Shown here: positions 11,431 through 24,472 of the stretch, one piece after another
Numbering within the stretch: the stretch's first letter is position 1
Layout: every line of letters starts with the position of its first letter
Assembly: GCA_002633005.1 (NCBI GenBank)
Contig: NMRA01000560.1
Span: 1-64,000, forward strand
Origin: Phoronis australis
Lineage: Eukaryota; Animalia; Phoronida
Reading direction: 5' to 3'
Length of the DNA: 64,000 bases
Notes under the pieces: generated by a model
The model's input: the letters and a program-made list of their open reading frames with translations, nothing else
Told to the model about the DNA's origin: nothing
Database searches by the model: none
Program-made: the position numbers and the translations under genes

Positions 11431-14400
11431 GGCGGCTTGGAAACGCAGACGAAGGTGTGTAAAGAATGCTGCGTTCTGATTTGTTAGTTAAGCTGTCAGT
11501 CATAATCCTGGCGATACATCAATTGGCATGGGGTTATCCCCTAGTTGTCTCTTAAGTCGACAATATTGTGGACTCTCCCAGACTTCTCCACTCGAATAAT
11601 ATCTGTAATCCGGCGTCAGCTGAGTTATGTTTTCTGAGACACCCGACCAGAGAATTTTAATTCAGTTTTAATTTCTTGTCAGATATACATTGTGTTTTAT
11701 CTCGTTATCCTTAGTCTTATAACAAATAATCGTTTCTTATCGCAACTACAATCCTTAATACTCGAGGCTCCAATACACAAATGACTCACGGCAACTCACT
11801 GTATCCGTTTATATGTTCCTACAATTACCAATGAAGATAAAATTTCCCTCTTCAGTTATAGGTATGAGCAATACTCACTCCCTTGGTGTATTTTCAAGAC
11901 ACTGCAGGAACAAAATTTTAGATACTTACAATATTTACTATCCAATGACTCAAGCTGCTTCTCCTGGAACAATGTCCACTTATATAACCATACACAAATT
12001 ACACTATGGCACAGAAACATTACTCATTACTGCAAACAGACGCTCACATCATATGCCTACAAAACTTACCGAAGGTGGCGTGAATGCAGTAAACTCCCAA
12101 GAGACCTGATTCTGCGTATCAACCGAGACCCATACACCTTGAAATTCTTGTTTTTTTCATTTTTCGGAAGATTTTTTTTAAAAACATCACTCAGAATGTT
12201 CATGTGAGTGGCAGATTACATGCTGTATGTGTGTACTTGCGCGTTAGGTTACAAGTTTTCTCTAGCAAAAGACACATTTTTAAGGATATCTCAAACCTTA
12301 TTCACAAAAATTGGCCGTTTTTACAATATTTCACATTGGTCTAGAAAAGTGCCCGATCTTCATTCTCGGGGAACTTCAAATACGAAATACATATAACGTG
12401 TAGCGAAAAAAAAGACTGAGGAGAACCACTTTGGACCAGCAAAACTGCGTGGATATTTGTTTACCACTTATCCAAGGTCAAAGGTTACAGGACTGTCACT
12501 CAAACCGAATCTCCCTCCAGGTACACACCAGCTTTGTATCTACCCTCGAAACTTTCATTCACCGAGTTGCCGTAATATAAGTCCCGCGTTGAAGTATCTA
12601 GTACATAGTCACCACTGCTACTTTTTATTGGCAGTCTGTGGGCCTCGAACAAAACGTCTGACAGTTGTTATTACTTGGCGAAATAAATTTCGCCAAGTAT
12701 GTTTGTGTTTGTTTATAATGATTTGTCTGCGATGTAGAACGACTTGCCTTTTGTTAATTTGACCCTAAAAGGGTTGGAATAATTTGCATGGCTGTACTGC
12801 GGCTTAAACTGTGTGGGCAAATCTAAAAACTTAGTGTGGATCCCTGGTCACTGACGTCATGCAGTTTAGTCAAAGAGTTGAGTTTTCAGGGAGTCATTCC
12901 GTTATTTAGTCCAGCCGTTTGATTTTTTGATTTGGCCATGTGGTGCTCAAGTTATTTGGTATAAGCAGTGCGACCATGGGTAGTTTCTTCTTCAGACTTG
13001 TTGATTGAGACCATATAAGCTAAACTGAAAAAAAATCCTTGACCAGCTCATGCTGTTCTCCAATGTACTTACGTGAATATGAAATACGTAAATATAAATT
13101 TGGTATGGTGACAATCATTTGTGTCTTCACTTGTACGCCGGTACTGAAAAACAACAACAGGCCAAAACTATATTCTAACTCAACTTTTTTAGACATACTT
13201 ATGATTATGAAAGTAAACATGCACATTTGACTTATTTCCATTTCTCCCTTTGTCTTCAGTGAGTGCAAGTACACAATATGCCATCTAACTAGGATGTACG
13301 GCAAACAAAAAGTGAATGTTTATTGTTTTCTGGAGACTGTTTGGTTAGTGAATGACGAGGTTGTTAAATCCCCTGTGATTTGATCGTTGTATTGCTTACA
13401 TGGACAATTGGCCCATTTTACAGAGTCTTGAATGAAACATGTTGTATTTCATTTATTGAAGTTTACTGTATTGCGTTGTGAAACTGATATGCAATATAGA
13501 ATATGCTGAATATGAAGAAGTGGCATATTTGAAGTCCTGTGAAAAGCGGGCAACTTTTAGAATGCGAAATTTAATTGCAGCTTAAAATAAATAGATGCAT
13601 GTGAATTAAGCATGTAAAAAATTAACAACACAAAATCATATCTGTTAAAATTCCATTCTAGTGCGATGATATGCAGGGAAGTACTGCAGAATACGCGTTC
13701 TGGAAAAAATCTTTCTTGCAGCTGAACTGTAAGAACATTTGTAGACAAAAGAATCGTGTTCATTATCTGCTGACGCAAAGAATAAAGACTGAAAACCCTA
13801 CCAAAATAAAAGCCTTTTCGATATCTTACGAAATAAGAATAAAAGGGGCAACAGGTTTTGCATTTAAAGCGACGCGAATCTCTCTGTATTCTTGTAAAAT
13901 ATTTAAACGCTATGGGGATTTTGTCACAGTAAAAAATGGCATGAATGACGCGGTAATACATACACAAAACGTACCGTGATGTAATTTCCCACGAGACATT
14001 ATTCCGCGTATCCACCAAGACAGCATATACTTCGAATTCCCAAGTTTCTCTCATTTTTTCCCCAAATTTTTTGAATACTTCACTCAGACTGTTCACGCGG
14101 CGTATCACATCATATATGTATGTACTTGGGCGTTAGGCTGCTAGTTTTAGATGTGACGATTTGTTTCTTGAAAAGAGGGGACAAAGACGAAAACAACGGT
14201 AACTTTTAATTGAACTCGTAACATCTCCTGAAAATAGTTAAATAACAACAATATTTGATATTGTAGTTACCGTGGAATCAGCGCCTGATTTGCAGACGAT
14301 AAAGTATTTAGCAAGTGAAAACTGAGACAGAACTGTCATATAATTGAGACCACAGGCGCTTGGGTTTATCTGTTCCTCGATCGGAAATGACCTCACTCAC

Positions 14401-15850
14401 TACTACATGTAAGAAAACATAAAGGTTGGACACTCGAAATCTGTTTCCTAAAAATTTTCTACTCAAATGTGCATGGAACTCCACGAAACTAGCATCGCAC
14501 AACTCTTAGAATACCTTCTTTCATTTGATCTCTTCAAATTGCCTTCGAGTGGTGATTTGGCGACAAAAAGAATGCCAAAATCACAAATTCAAGGAATCTA
14601 TTCCGTGATGTCATGGCAGACCGTCTTCGCACATCCGGGTTTTAACGGACGCTCCCGAGCTAAATCCGAAAGTCTATTAAATTTCGCGCGCCGTCAATCC
14701 CTCGACTACTTGGTCATGAGAAGCAGAGAGCACTTTAAAAATATCATTGTCAAATAAATGTAACTACTCAGATATTTGTGTCAAATATAAATTATCCTGA
14801 TAATGTATTGATATGCGAAGTTTTTTGTGTACTGTGATTTCTTATGAAGGTTTTACTTTTGGCCAAAACCATTGAGTTAACTCGTCGGCCACGCGCATTG
14901 TAATGCTTGCACGGACTGCGTTTCCTGGCCGAGTGTGTGTTGTGCTTCAACCAAAATGTGCGTGATGTCAAGACGAGGAACAAGAAACGCTAGTTTATGC
15001 AATAAAATTCTAAGTTAAGGGCTAAAACGAGCCGTCAGTGGAATAAAGTTAAAAATAATCATTAAAATACTAACTTTAACATTCTCAGTTAGTTGAGTCT
15101 AGCAACCTGGTTTCTAGGTTGAGTTTTGGATTAGAATTATTGAATTTGAAATATAGGTTGCTTGCTCAAGCTCGAAGTTTCACCTACGACAGGCGTAGAA
15201 GTTGAAGCACAACTGAAATCCGCCATGTTTAATATTTTAGGTCCTTGAATTCCGAGTTTTGAGATTGTTTTGGAAATTCCATCACCAATTCACCACTCAC
15301 GAAGACAGCTAATGGGATCTAGGAAAGATAAAGCTTCGAAAGTTTATGCAATACCAGACTGAGGGAGGTGCACGCAGATTTTATTTGGATTTTGAACAGT
15401 TGGGAGCCTCGGCTTGGCAAATCCAACCTTTATGTTTCTTATGTATGGTTATGATTGATCTGGAAATCCGAGCGCCTGTGATTGTGACCGGATTGTATGT
15501 CAAGCGTTATTTACATTGCTATACTTGTATTACTTTAAACTATTTTCCGAAAGTTTGGTGATCGAACCGGCTAACGAGGTCGAGTCAATATTGACCTACC
15601 TTTTGAACTTTCCATGTCAGAGGTCACTGTTGAAGTAGTGCGGGAGGTGAATACGGAAACTTCATTACATGGCCGTATTTTCCTCGACAGATTCAACGCG
15701 TATGGGATAAAATGCGTGATAATTCATGTTCATGTCGCTTTGCGAAACCTCTCTATTGCTTGCAAATTTCCTTTTATGTCTCATTAACCTCGAAAGTGGA
15801 AAAGACGTAACATCTGGTATAGCGCCTCTTCACACCTTGCTTCTACGAGA

Positions 15851-15869
15851 ATGATCTGGGTAACGTCAG
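15851..15869 (+). CDS. Exon 1 of kringle-WSC-LDLa protein (MIWVTS, start of signal peptide)
   Basis: ATG ATC TGG GTA ACG TCA G|GTAAGC. Strong donor, phase 1, and it completes a hydrophobic signal peptide when joined to exon 2. Confidence 0.6.
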
Positions 15870-17088
15870 GTAAGCACATCTGGAAATAAAACAAACTCAC
15901 AAACAAAAATACGACACTTTAAGTGCTATGTATGACTTGTGCCTATTGGTTTTAGTCAGTTGTCACTTAGCCAGATAACCACTCCAAGCAGCTGACTAGC
16001 GTCAGAATACAGCGAGAGAACGGTGCGTGTAAAATTTACATGGATCACGGAATTTATTAAATATGTAAAGCTCTTGNTGCCGACCGGTCGACGGCCGGTC
16101 GTCGACCAATTTCCGACCGGTCGGCCAAAAATTCGTGATGTGTGCTGTACGTCTCATCTTTTAGTGGAGAATTGAGAAAAAGCTGTCAAACTGAGTATTA
16201 CCATACCTCACAATTTGCTCAATAATTAATTTTATGCCACATTATCAGCCTGACATGGCCAATGCAAACGTTAAATAACCCGTTTAGTTATTCGAAGCGC
16301 GTTGAATAACAATTTGGCGGGAGACCAAGGCCGGTTTCGAACCCACTTCGTAAGAGTTTCTAGTCATCAACTTAAACACCACTCAGCAGCTGACGTCCTG
16401 GAACGTGAAAATAGAATACTTAATCGAGACACGCAATAATCGCATGTTCAACAATAGGCATTGAACTTACATTTACACGCTATGGGAAATCAGACGACTA
16501 ATTTCGCTAAGAACGACAGCTTTAATCCAGTAAAATTATTTGTCATTTTCTCTCACTTGTAAATCGTCGATTTCCAGTTTGAATGCGACAAACGTGTCGT
16601 CGGAATCATTTTACTTGGATATTATACTCAGTAACCAGTGTAGCCTTGGTACAAAGCTGTATATAAATATAAATATACAGCTTTGCACCGATGTGGGTAA
16701 AATAGTGGTAAGATAAAATCTGACACAAAATTAATGTCATTAAAAACTACTGTCTTCCTTGAGTAAACTGAAGTATTTAACAGTGTTGGAAAAATGGCGT
16801 TCTACCGTTATTCTGCTGCTTAAAGGCGAAGGCAACCTTTTTCCATGTCATTTTGAGCTAAACTAAGGTTGGTTGGTTATCCTAGACATATTTTTCACTT
16901 AATTACAGCGTTTCGTAATTTTATTAATTATTCGTCCGCTTTTCCGGAAGTGACGTTTTAGGAGGCAAGCGCTTCCCGCCAATTTCTTTTCACATAGTCT
17001 GAATGTGAGAGCTGCCGAGTCAGTCATTGTTCTACCTCGGTTGTGTTAAGTTCCGTCGTCGTTCGCTTTCATTTACTAGTCAGTCAAC

Positions 17089-17697
17089 ATGCCACACTGT
17101 TGCTGCGTACCGGGATGTAGTAATTATCGGCTCACGCGCGCTTTGGGAGTGCCTTTGCATCGCTTTCCGATGGATGACACACTTCGCCGTACTTGGCTCG
17201 TTCGTGTGAAGAACGCAGCGTTACCCGTCCACGCAACGTACAAAGCAGTGGAGAATTACCGTGTGTGTGGCAAGCACTTTCTGCCGTCCGATTACGAAAG
17301 GGATTTGTACGCTGAACTGATGAAGGTACCCGCGAAACAACGCCTGAAGAAGGATGCCATTCCGTCTGTGTTGATTCCCGGCAGTGCCCCGTCGCCACCC
17401 CCGAGAAGTGCGTTTTTGAAGCGAGAAGCCTCGCGAGCTGTGGCCAGTGGAGGCACGTCATCTACTATCACCCGTGCCTCCGAACGTACCCCAGAGCGTG
17501 CAATTCCTGGAACCAGTAGTGATTCGCCCTGTGCTGTTTTCTCCAGCCCAGGGCCTCTAAGCAGCCCTGCAGCGATATTGAGTAGTGGAAGTGATTACAG
17601 GCCCAGTTCGACACCCAGTGAAGAGGACAGTTCGTCGTTCAGTGAACAGATCGGTGAGCCAAACTTTGATAAGTTTATTGTGGACTTGTCTATTTAG
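17089..17697 (+). CDS. THAP-domain N-terminus of Kolobok transposase (truncated, 202 aa)
   Basis: MPHCCCVPGC..LHRFP..W..RVCGKHF..LKKDAIPS is a complete C2CH THAP domain with an AVPT-like box. A frameshifted continuation LFRRCQGC..W..GH..W.S runs to ~17860. Confidence 0.85.
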   Translation: MPHCCCVPGCSNYRLTRALGVPLHRFPMDDTLRRTWLVRVKNAALPVHATYKAVENYRVCGKHFLPSDYERDLYAELMKVPAKQRLKKDAIPSVLIPGSAPSPPPRSAFLKREASRAVASGGTSSTITRASERTPERAIPGTSSDSPCAVFSSPGPLSSPAAILSSGSDYRPSSTPSEEDSSSFSEQIGEPNFDKFIVDLSI

Positions 17698-17859
17698 AAG
17701 GTGCCAGGGGTGTGGCGAGGGAGTCACACCACACGATGTAAGTAGTTTGGGTGCTCAGGTCACCATCCAGTGGGAGTCTGTCTCGGGACACTCTGGCAAG
17801 TGGGACAGTTGTTCCTCTATCCGTGGTATGCCGGAGGTCCACTTAACCATGTCCAGTAG

Positions 17860-18149
17860 TGGCTTGGCCTCGTCGAGCTCTGAACAGCACAAGCATTCCA
17901 TTGAGTAGGCGTAACAACGCACACAGTGCATTTGCACCAAGATGTGTCACCACGTCTGTCCTCAGTAGCCGCCTCGTTTCTCTCAACAGCTGCCTGTGCC
18001 TGTGCGTACTCTGCCTCGTTATACTCGGGCTCAAACATGTACCCACCCACTGAATGTCCGTGAAAAAATTCGTCGTCACCACTGCTGTGAACAAGGTTTC
18101 CGTCACTCACACTACTGTCATTGTGATACGGGTCACCGACTCCAGCCAT
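17860..18149 (-). pseudogene. KolX / P2X7 ballast-like (nanor-like) Cys-rich protein, 5' part with frameshift
   Basis: GYMFEPEY...RRGDTSWCKCTVCVVTPT, then after a 1-nt frameshift near 17905, MECLCCSE. This is the YxFEP..WCxCxxC..PT..ExxCCxE pattern. Confidence 0.8.
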
Positions 18150-20762
18150 TTTCAGCTTACAACACACTAAACAATCCCTAAATCCAACGTAGTTGAGTTC
18201 TCTACTAACCTATCTTGCCGCAGAATACTCACCGATGGAAAGTGGTGGCGACAATTGGTGAAAAATAGCACAAAACAAAAGTAGAATAGAACAGATTCGC
18301 ACAGTAAGCTCAACGCAAAATCAAGTGGCGGGAAGCGCTTGCCTCCTAAAACGTCACTTCCGGAAAAGCGGACGAGTAATTGATAAAATTACGAAAAGCT
18401 GTAATTAAGTGAAAAATATGTCTAGGATAACCATCCAACCTTATTTTAGCTCAAAATGACATGGAAAAAGGTTGCCTTCGCCTTTAAGCGGCTGCAACGG
18501 GTGAGGTGAGTGTTGGTTGACTCCTAGATTTTGCATGCAGCCCCGTCGGTCGTTAGCTTTACATGTTGATATAATTTTCATGACGAGGTGAAGAGCAGAA
18601 CTACCCGGGCCGTGTAAAATTTTGAAGTCTATTGGAGCTTAACACACAGTGGTTCCTAGATGTATTTTGACGATAGTCTTCATGCAGTTATTTGGCTGGC
18701 TAGTATAATCAATAAAACACAAACAAAATGATTCAAACATTACAAATTGGAAAAAAATCAATAATATGCAAACTCGTTTTTTTCTACTATTCACTTGCAT
18801 CAAAACTCAATTTCCAAACTTTACATAAGTTAACACAGCGCAAAATTTCTTTCAGGACTGTCTTCCCAAAGACGAAAAAATAGTCCGGGAGCCAAATGCT
18901 GTTTTTTGCCTAACCTGGTTTTGCTGGATAAAGTTTTTTCTTTACTGTTTCAGGTAGCTTAGGCATAAGTAATCGTGATTTAGGGTGATGAGCGTTCGCA
19001 ACCTTTGAGCATTTTTTTAAATATGCAAATTAAGACCGCCATAATGCAATAATGTTTTTGCCTATAATTTCTTTACTAAGAGCTGCAATCAGATTATTTT
19101 GATGCTTTCACCCATGTTTCCATGGTCAGCGAATTTAATAGAACAATTTTGTTGGTCGATACGTAGTGAATTTGCATAATTTACGCAAGTTAAGACCACC
19201 CTTATTCAAAATTGTACTTGTTCTAATGGCTATGGTACCAATCATCGCAGGTGAATTATCATGATATTTGCACCTATGTTCCTATGGTCAATTTAATGAA
19301 ATCAGATTGCATGTTGTTGCATGATAAATTTGAATAATTAATGCAAATTAAGGCCACCATTATCCAAAATTATATATTTGCTTATAACGCCCTTACCAAG
19401 CACTGCAGACGGGATACTTTAATGTTTTCACCGATGCTTCCATGGTCAGTGAATTTAACGGAGCTCATTTGCTGGTTGATACATCGTGAATTTGCATAAA
19501 ATATGCAAATTAATTTTGATATTATTTAAAATTCTATTTTCGCTTATAGCTGAAGTACCAGGCACCCCAGGTAACGGGCTTTAACGTCTGCATCCAGGCT
19601 TCTTTGGTCAATTAATTTAATGAAATCAGTTTGAAAGTTGTTGATGCATTTGATTTGCATAATTTATACAAATGAAGGAAACCAGTATTCCAAATACTGT
19701 TTCTGCTCATATAATCCTTACGGACATTACATGCAGATTATTTTCGAATATATTTCATGTTTTCATGGTCATCATGAATTTGCGTAATTGATAATTTACT
19801 CAATTAACAGCTTCCTCGAAATTCTAGTTTTGCTTATAAATATAACTGCTGCATCAGACACCAGATAGGTTAGTTAAAAATATTTGTGTCCATGTTTCTG
19901 TGGTCAATGAATTTAATGAAATCTATTTGCAGGCTGTAGCATGATAAATTTGCATAATCTTTTTTTTGAAGATGCTGTAAGAAAATATTATGTATAATGT
20001 GTGCTCTCCAGTTTGAGACCTTGGCTATTACTATAGAAAAAATGCAGATTAGTTTAATGACTTGGGTGAAGGCTGGAATGGGGTTCGGAGCGATCAGTTT
20101 ATAGAGACCACACTCATTCGATACGGACACAGCAGTGGGCGCTTAGTAGGGAATTGCCCTCAAAAAGTGACTCTTATGGTATGGGCCATTTGTCCTACAA
20201 GACTGACGCAGTAAGGAACATTAGCAGTGACAGGACTACTCCTCCAACATGAAACAATAAGCACTGTATAGGCAATGTTATCAGACTTCGAAAAAGGCTA
20301 GCAGTACGTAAGGAACACAAGTAGGTAATCACTGATGAAGAAACCTGTTCCTTAATATAGTACAAAGACATTGGCAGCAGGTATTATCTGGAAACATCCT
20401 ACAAAGAAGACGTCTCCATTTTTGAGGAAGACGACGTGAAATGTGCATGTGAACTCAACAAATTTATGTTGTTTCGTATGACAGAAATGTAGTTGTGCTT
20501 CACGTGCATTACTATGACAACGAATAGCTTCAAATACCACAACCAGGAAATCACCTAGTGAGCTTAGAACAGTCGTAGTAATTAAAGAAGAATGCCACCC
20601 GATTTAATTAGCCTTCTTTTTTACGTCTTAATCGGTCTATATCCACATCGCCTCTTATACGGTCGACCTCACATTGCCGAGTGGTGTCGCGTTAACCCGT
20701 GAGGAAGGTGAGAAACGATACAGCGACGTCAGTGGTTCGTCTGCAGAGTGAATGCTGGTATA

Positions 20763-21010
20763 TCGCAGTGCATCGTTCCCGCTTGTCCGAACTATGAAGC
20801 TGCGAAGAAAGCGGGTATGTCGTTTTTTCGACTTCCTCGAGAGCCCGGAATGTTTAGGAAGTAGCTCGCAGTAATGAAGAATGAAAGGTACCTTGTTGAT
20901 AGCAAGTACGAGGCCGAGAAATATGTCCGTGTCTGTGGCTGGCATTTCGTCGACAGTGATTTCTCTGACGAAATCCCGGCTTACCAAAGAACTATCCATA
21001 CGTTCCGTTG
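20763..21010 (+). pseudogene. Degenerate THAP domain fragment
   Basis: QCIVPACPNY..SFFRLPREP..RK*LAVMKN..VRVCGWHF; the conserved Trp codon is mutated to TAG. Confidence 0.75.
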
Positions 21011-21230
21011 CCCGTGCATGTTCACGGCGCCTCTAGTATTTCTTGATCAGTGTATTCCAGTTCGAACTGATAGCCTGTGAAACCTAGCGATCCAACCCGT
21101 GAAGTCTTCGTCGGATGAGCTCTTGACTACTAAGTCGGGATTGGCACCGGGCGAGTTGCCATGTAGACGTTTATTATTCTGCGTTCTGTTTCAAAATGAA
21201 TTATTCTCATCCTAACCAATGCTTATATAA

Positions 21231-22240
21231 AACTGAAACAAAGTTTGTCTAATGAGGTACAGTTTTTAATGCCTTTGCAGTATTCAATCGTGAATGAAAA
21301 TGTTGAGAAGCCAGCAATGAATAAACCACTGCGTTACCGGCTTTTGATGCTGGCAATGACAGGGCACCGAGGCCGTGTGAGCTCATGCTAATTCAGTGTT
21401 TGCTGACAAAAAGCTGTTATGAAACAATTACTCGATTTTATATGCTATATTCACATGTTAGGGGAATCTTTCTTTAGAAATACAAATTCATTATTCAAAT
21501 CATTGTTACTGTACAACCTTTGCTATGTCGGTCTGTGGAAGGGGAACCCGACTTCGGGGCCCCCAAAAAGTAAGCATGTTTTCAGTTTCGTGGCTAATTC
21601 ACGTAAATAATTACGTCCACATTATTTCTTTGGCTCGCTAATGTAGTCTTTCCGTTACTGTAGGTTTAGTTTCCAAATCAAGCTGGTTTATGTTCGTGCC
21701 AGTCCCAGCGGCCGCGACGGGCTTGATCGGGTTCCGAGCCACTGGCTAGGATGACGAGTCAGTCCAGTCGCGATGGGCCTGATCGGGTTCCGAGCCACTG
21801 GCTGGGATAACCAGCGTTTTGTGTGTTTAGAACTAAAAAAATCACAAGTGTAAATAACACAGATCTAAGTGCTCCTGCCTGTATTTCATGGAAAAATGCT
21901 TCGAATTTATCTCCGAACAGACCCCAAACCGTCCTGCTACGGACCTTGGTAAATTGGCCTGCCGAAATTTGTAGGCTACGTTGTATCCAAATACCAATAA
22001 ATACGTAACAGCGAAATAAAGCAACACGTTTTTACAAGAACTCGATGTATTTTTAAGGGTTCTACATCGAAGTTTGATGACTTATTGGTGTTAAACGATG
22101 AATTCAAGCGATAATCTGACACCAGTAACCTGTGTTGTGAACTGTCGAAGAGACTGCGTGTGAAACCAATGACGTCATTGAATAATTTCAACACTTCCGT
22201 CTACCGTCAGGTGTCAGGTAACGCAACCGAACGTACCGTC
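21231..22240. mobile_element. Non-autonomous repeat family X, uninterrupted copy
   Basis: 21231-21520 matches 54297-54594 and 21528-22240 matches 57987-58680. Confidence 0.8.
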
Positions 22241-23181
22241 CTTTAAGTTGACAGTAGAAACATGTAGCGGTATTGCTTAGGTCTCTTCTCTGCCCATGTG
22301 CAACAATTTGGACGTATTCTAGATCTACCCTAGGTATCAGACAAAACTAGAATTTGTTTTGTTTTGTAATAAATTATTATTTATGTTTGTGACGTAAAGA
22401 CATTCATCAGTAAGAATACCGAAATCATCTTCATGTGGTGCCCCATATATGAATGTTATAAGCAAATAGATAATTTTTAATAATAGCCGCCTATATTTGC
22501 ATAAATTATGCAAATTTATCATACAACTTGCAAACTGATTTCATGAGAGTTTACCTGTGGTGCTTGGTACCGCAGCTTCAACGACAAGTAGAATTTTGAA
22601 TACTGGCAACCTTAATTGGCATTATTTATGCAAATTTGCATTATTATGCAAATTTATCATGCAAAAACATACAAACCGATTTCATTTAACTAACTGACCA
22701 TAAGAATATAGGTGCAAATATCATTATAGTGCATCTGTGGTGCCTGGCAACGTAGCTATAAGCACAAGAATAATTTTGAATAATGGCGGCCTTAATTTGC
22801 ATAAATTATACAAATTGACAATGTGTCCACCAATAAAAACTTGCACTATTAGATTTGCTGACCATAGAAACATAGATGGAAACGTCAAAATTATCTGCCT
22901 GCAGTGCTTGGTAAGGAAATTATAAGCAAATATAGAATTTTGAATAATGGTGACCTTAATTTGCATACTTAAAAAAATGTTCAAGGGTTGCGAACGGTCA
23001 CTCCCTAAATCATGGTTACTTAACCCTAGGTTACATGAAATAGCAAAGGAAAAACTTTAACCGACAAAATCAGGTTTAACCCCCTGGCTCCCGGACTAAA
23101 ACGCATGTGCTGTAATTCTTTCTTACAGTTTCTTTCTGAAGTATCAGTCATCTGCCGCCGTTGGTAATCGTCATGTACATA

Positions 23182-23555
23182 CCGGAATTTTCCGTAGATA
23201 AGCCCATAGGCGTGTATTCGGAAAATTTTCAGTCGTTTCAGTAACACCAAATAAACGCCCTGGCATTTACTCGGAAAAGGGAACGTGTGAACGGAAAGTC
23301 ATAGTTTTCCTGACTTTAACATTTTTTACTTAAAATATAAAAGATAAATGCTCGACGAAACTGAATTTGTGACAAAAAGTTGATGCTGAGCTGACTTTTA
23401 AAAAGAAATTCTCCGAATAAAAGCCCCACTATCTGGAGACTTGACATCAGATGTTGTAACACCAACAAACACCCATGGGCGTTTCCGTGGCATAATTTTC
23501 CGAATAAACGCCCACGGGCGTTTCATCTGAAAGCTTCTCTGCGGAAAACCCCCTG
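23182..23555. mobile_element. Tc1/mariner-pogo-type MITE
   Basis: TA-flanked, imperfect TIR CCGGAATTTTCCGTAGA / TCTGCGGAAAACCCCTG, internal TTTCCGAATAAACGCCC repeats. Confidence 0.6.
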
Positions 23556-23630
23556 TACGAGAATTGCTCATGACCTTTTCGTGCATCGTTTTCCCAGCTA
23601 TTTCATATATTGTGCAATGTTTGTTTCTAG

Positions 23631-23678
23631 TTGTGGGCATAGTACTTGTCATCGGGATGGCATTGGGATACAGCCTTG
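23631..23678 (+). CDS. Exon 2 (signal peptide VVGIVLVIGMALGYSL)
   Basis: TTTGTTTCTAG| acceptor, G|GTAAGT donor, 48 bp, phase 1-1, hydrophobic core. Confidence 0.75.
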
Positions 23679-24472
23679 GTAAGTCTGTTGTACTATTCTT
23701 AACTTAACGCTTTTTGTTTCATTTTGTTCAATCAAAAATTTAATGAAATGGATGTGTACAGGTGTCTGTACTCTGGTGTGGTCCCGAGGGACCTTACGGA
23801 GGAAATCAAAATTAAGATAAATTAGAAACTCGAGATATCGGCTAAAACTGATTTAAAATAAGCCATTTTGCCACACTGAGCACTGAATGACCTACGGCAG
23901 ACATATTGCACGCTGGAAAACCCCGCCAGATGCACCAAAAGGACCCCCAAAATTGAGCTAGCCTAAACATTCGATGTACCACAAAAACAATTTTATTTGA
24001 TTATGATCAGTACACTGATCACAAAATGGCATGTGGCGGTGTGGATTGGACCACCAAAAATCACAAAAAATCTCACCCTCGAAATGCTGTTGAAAACTGA
24101 GGTAAATGACCAACCCCAAAACATCTCAACCACAGAGTGGTGTTGAAAATTTGAGCTACATGTACATGTAGATAAGAAATTCGAGGTACCGGAAGAAAGT
24201 GCTTTAAAATGCAAAAGCGTGCTTCAATAAGCAACGCGTGACCCATGACACAATAATCGCCAACAACCCAAATTGAACCCGCAAAATTGATTGAGGTACC
24301 ACAAAGACAATTCTATGTTATTTAGTACACGCCACATATCAAATATTCTGACTTGGGCCAAGCAACAATTACAAAAATATCACCAACGCAATGCTCTTGA
24401 CATTTTGAGCTATGTTAGTTATTCAAGGTACTGGCGAAGTTGATTTAAAATTAAAATTCAAGGCGCACTGAC

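Larger units (their letters stand above)
16824..18483 (+). mobile_element. Kolobok DNA transposon, internally deleted copy 1
   Basis: TTAA on both sides (16820-23, 18484-87), 158-bp TIRs starting AGGCGAAGGCAACC, THAP-transposase N-terminus on + and a KolX-like gene on -. Confidence 0.9.
18881..23098. mobile_element. Academ-like foldback element with long tandem-repeat TIRs
   Basis: Ends TAGTCCGGGAGCCA ... TGGCTCCCGGACTA flanked by AAA. ~18881-19960 is inverted relative to ~22340-23098, built from ~160-bp units. Confidence 0.7.

Noticed and set aside
13557-14108. 183-aa minus ORF and overlapping plus ORF, faintly Sola-like
   Set aside because: No convincing motif or termini; AT-rich chance ORF or unassignable TE debris.
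16320-16400. tRNA-like sequence on the minus strand (GGTTCGAAACC)
   Set aside because: No complete cloverleaf; at most a decayed SINE head.
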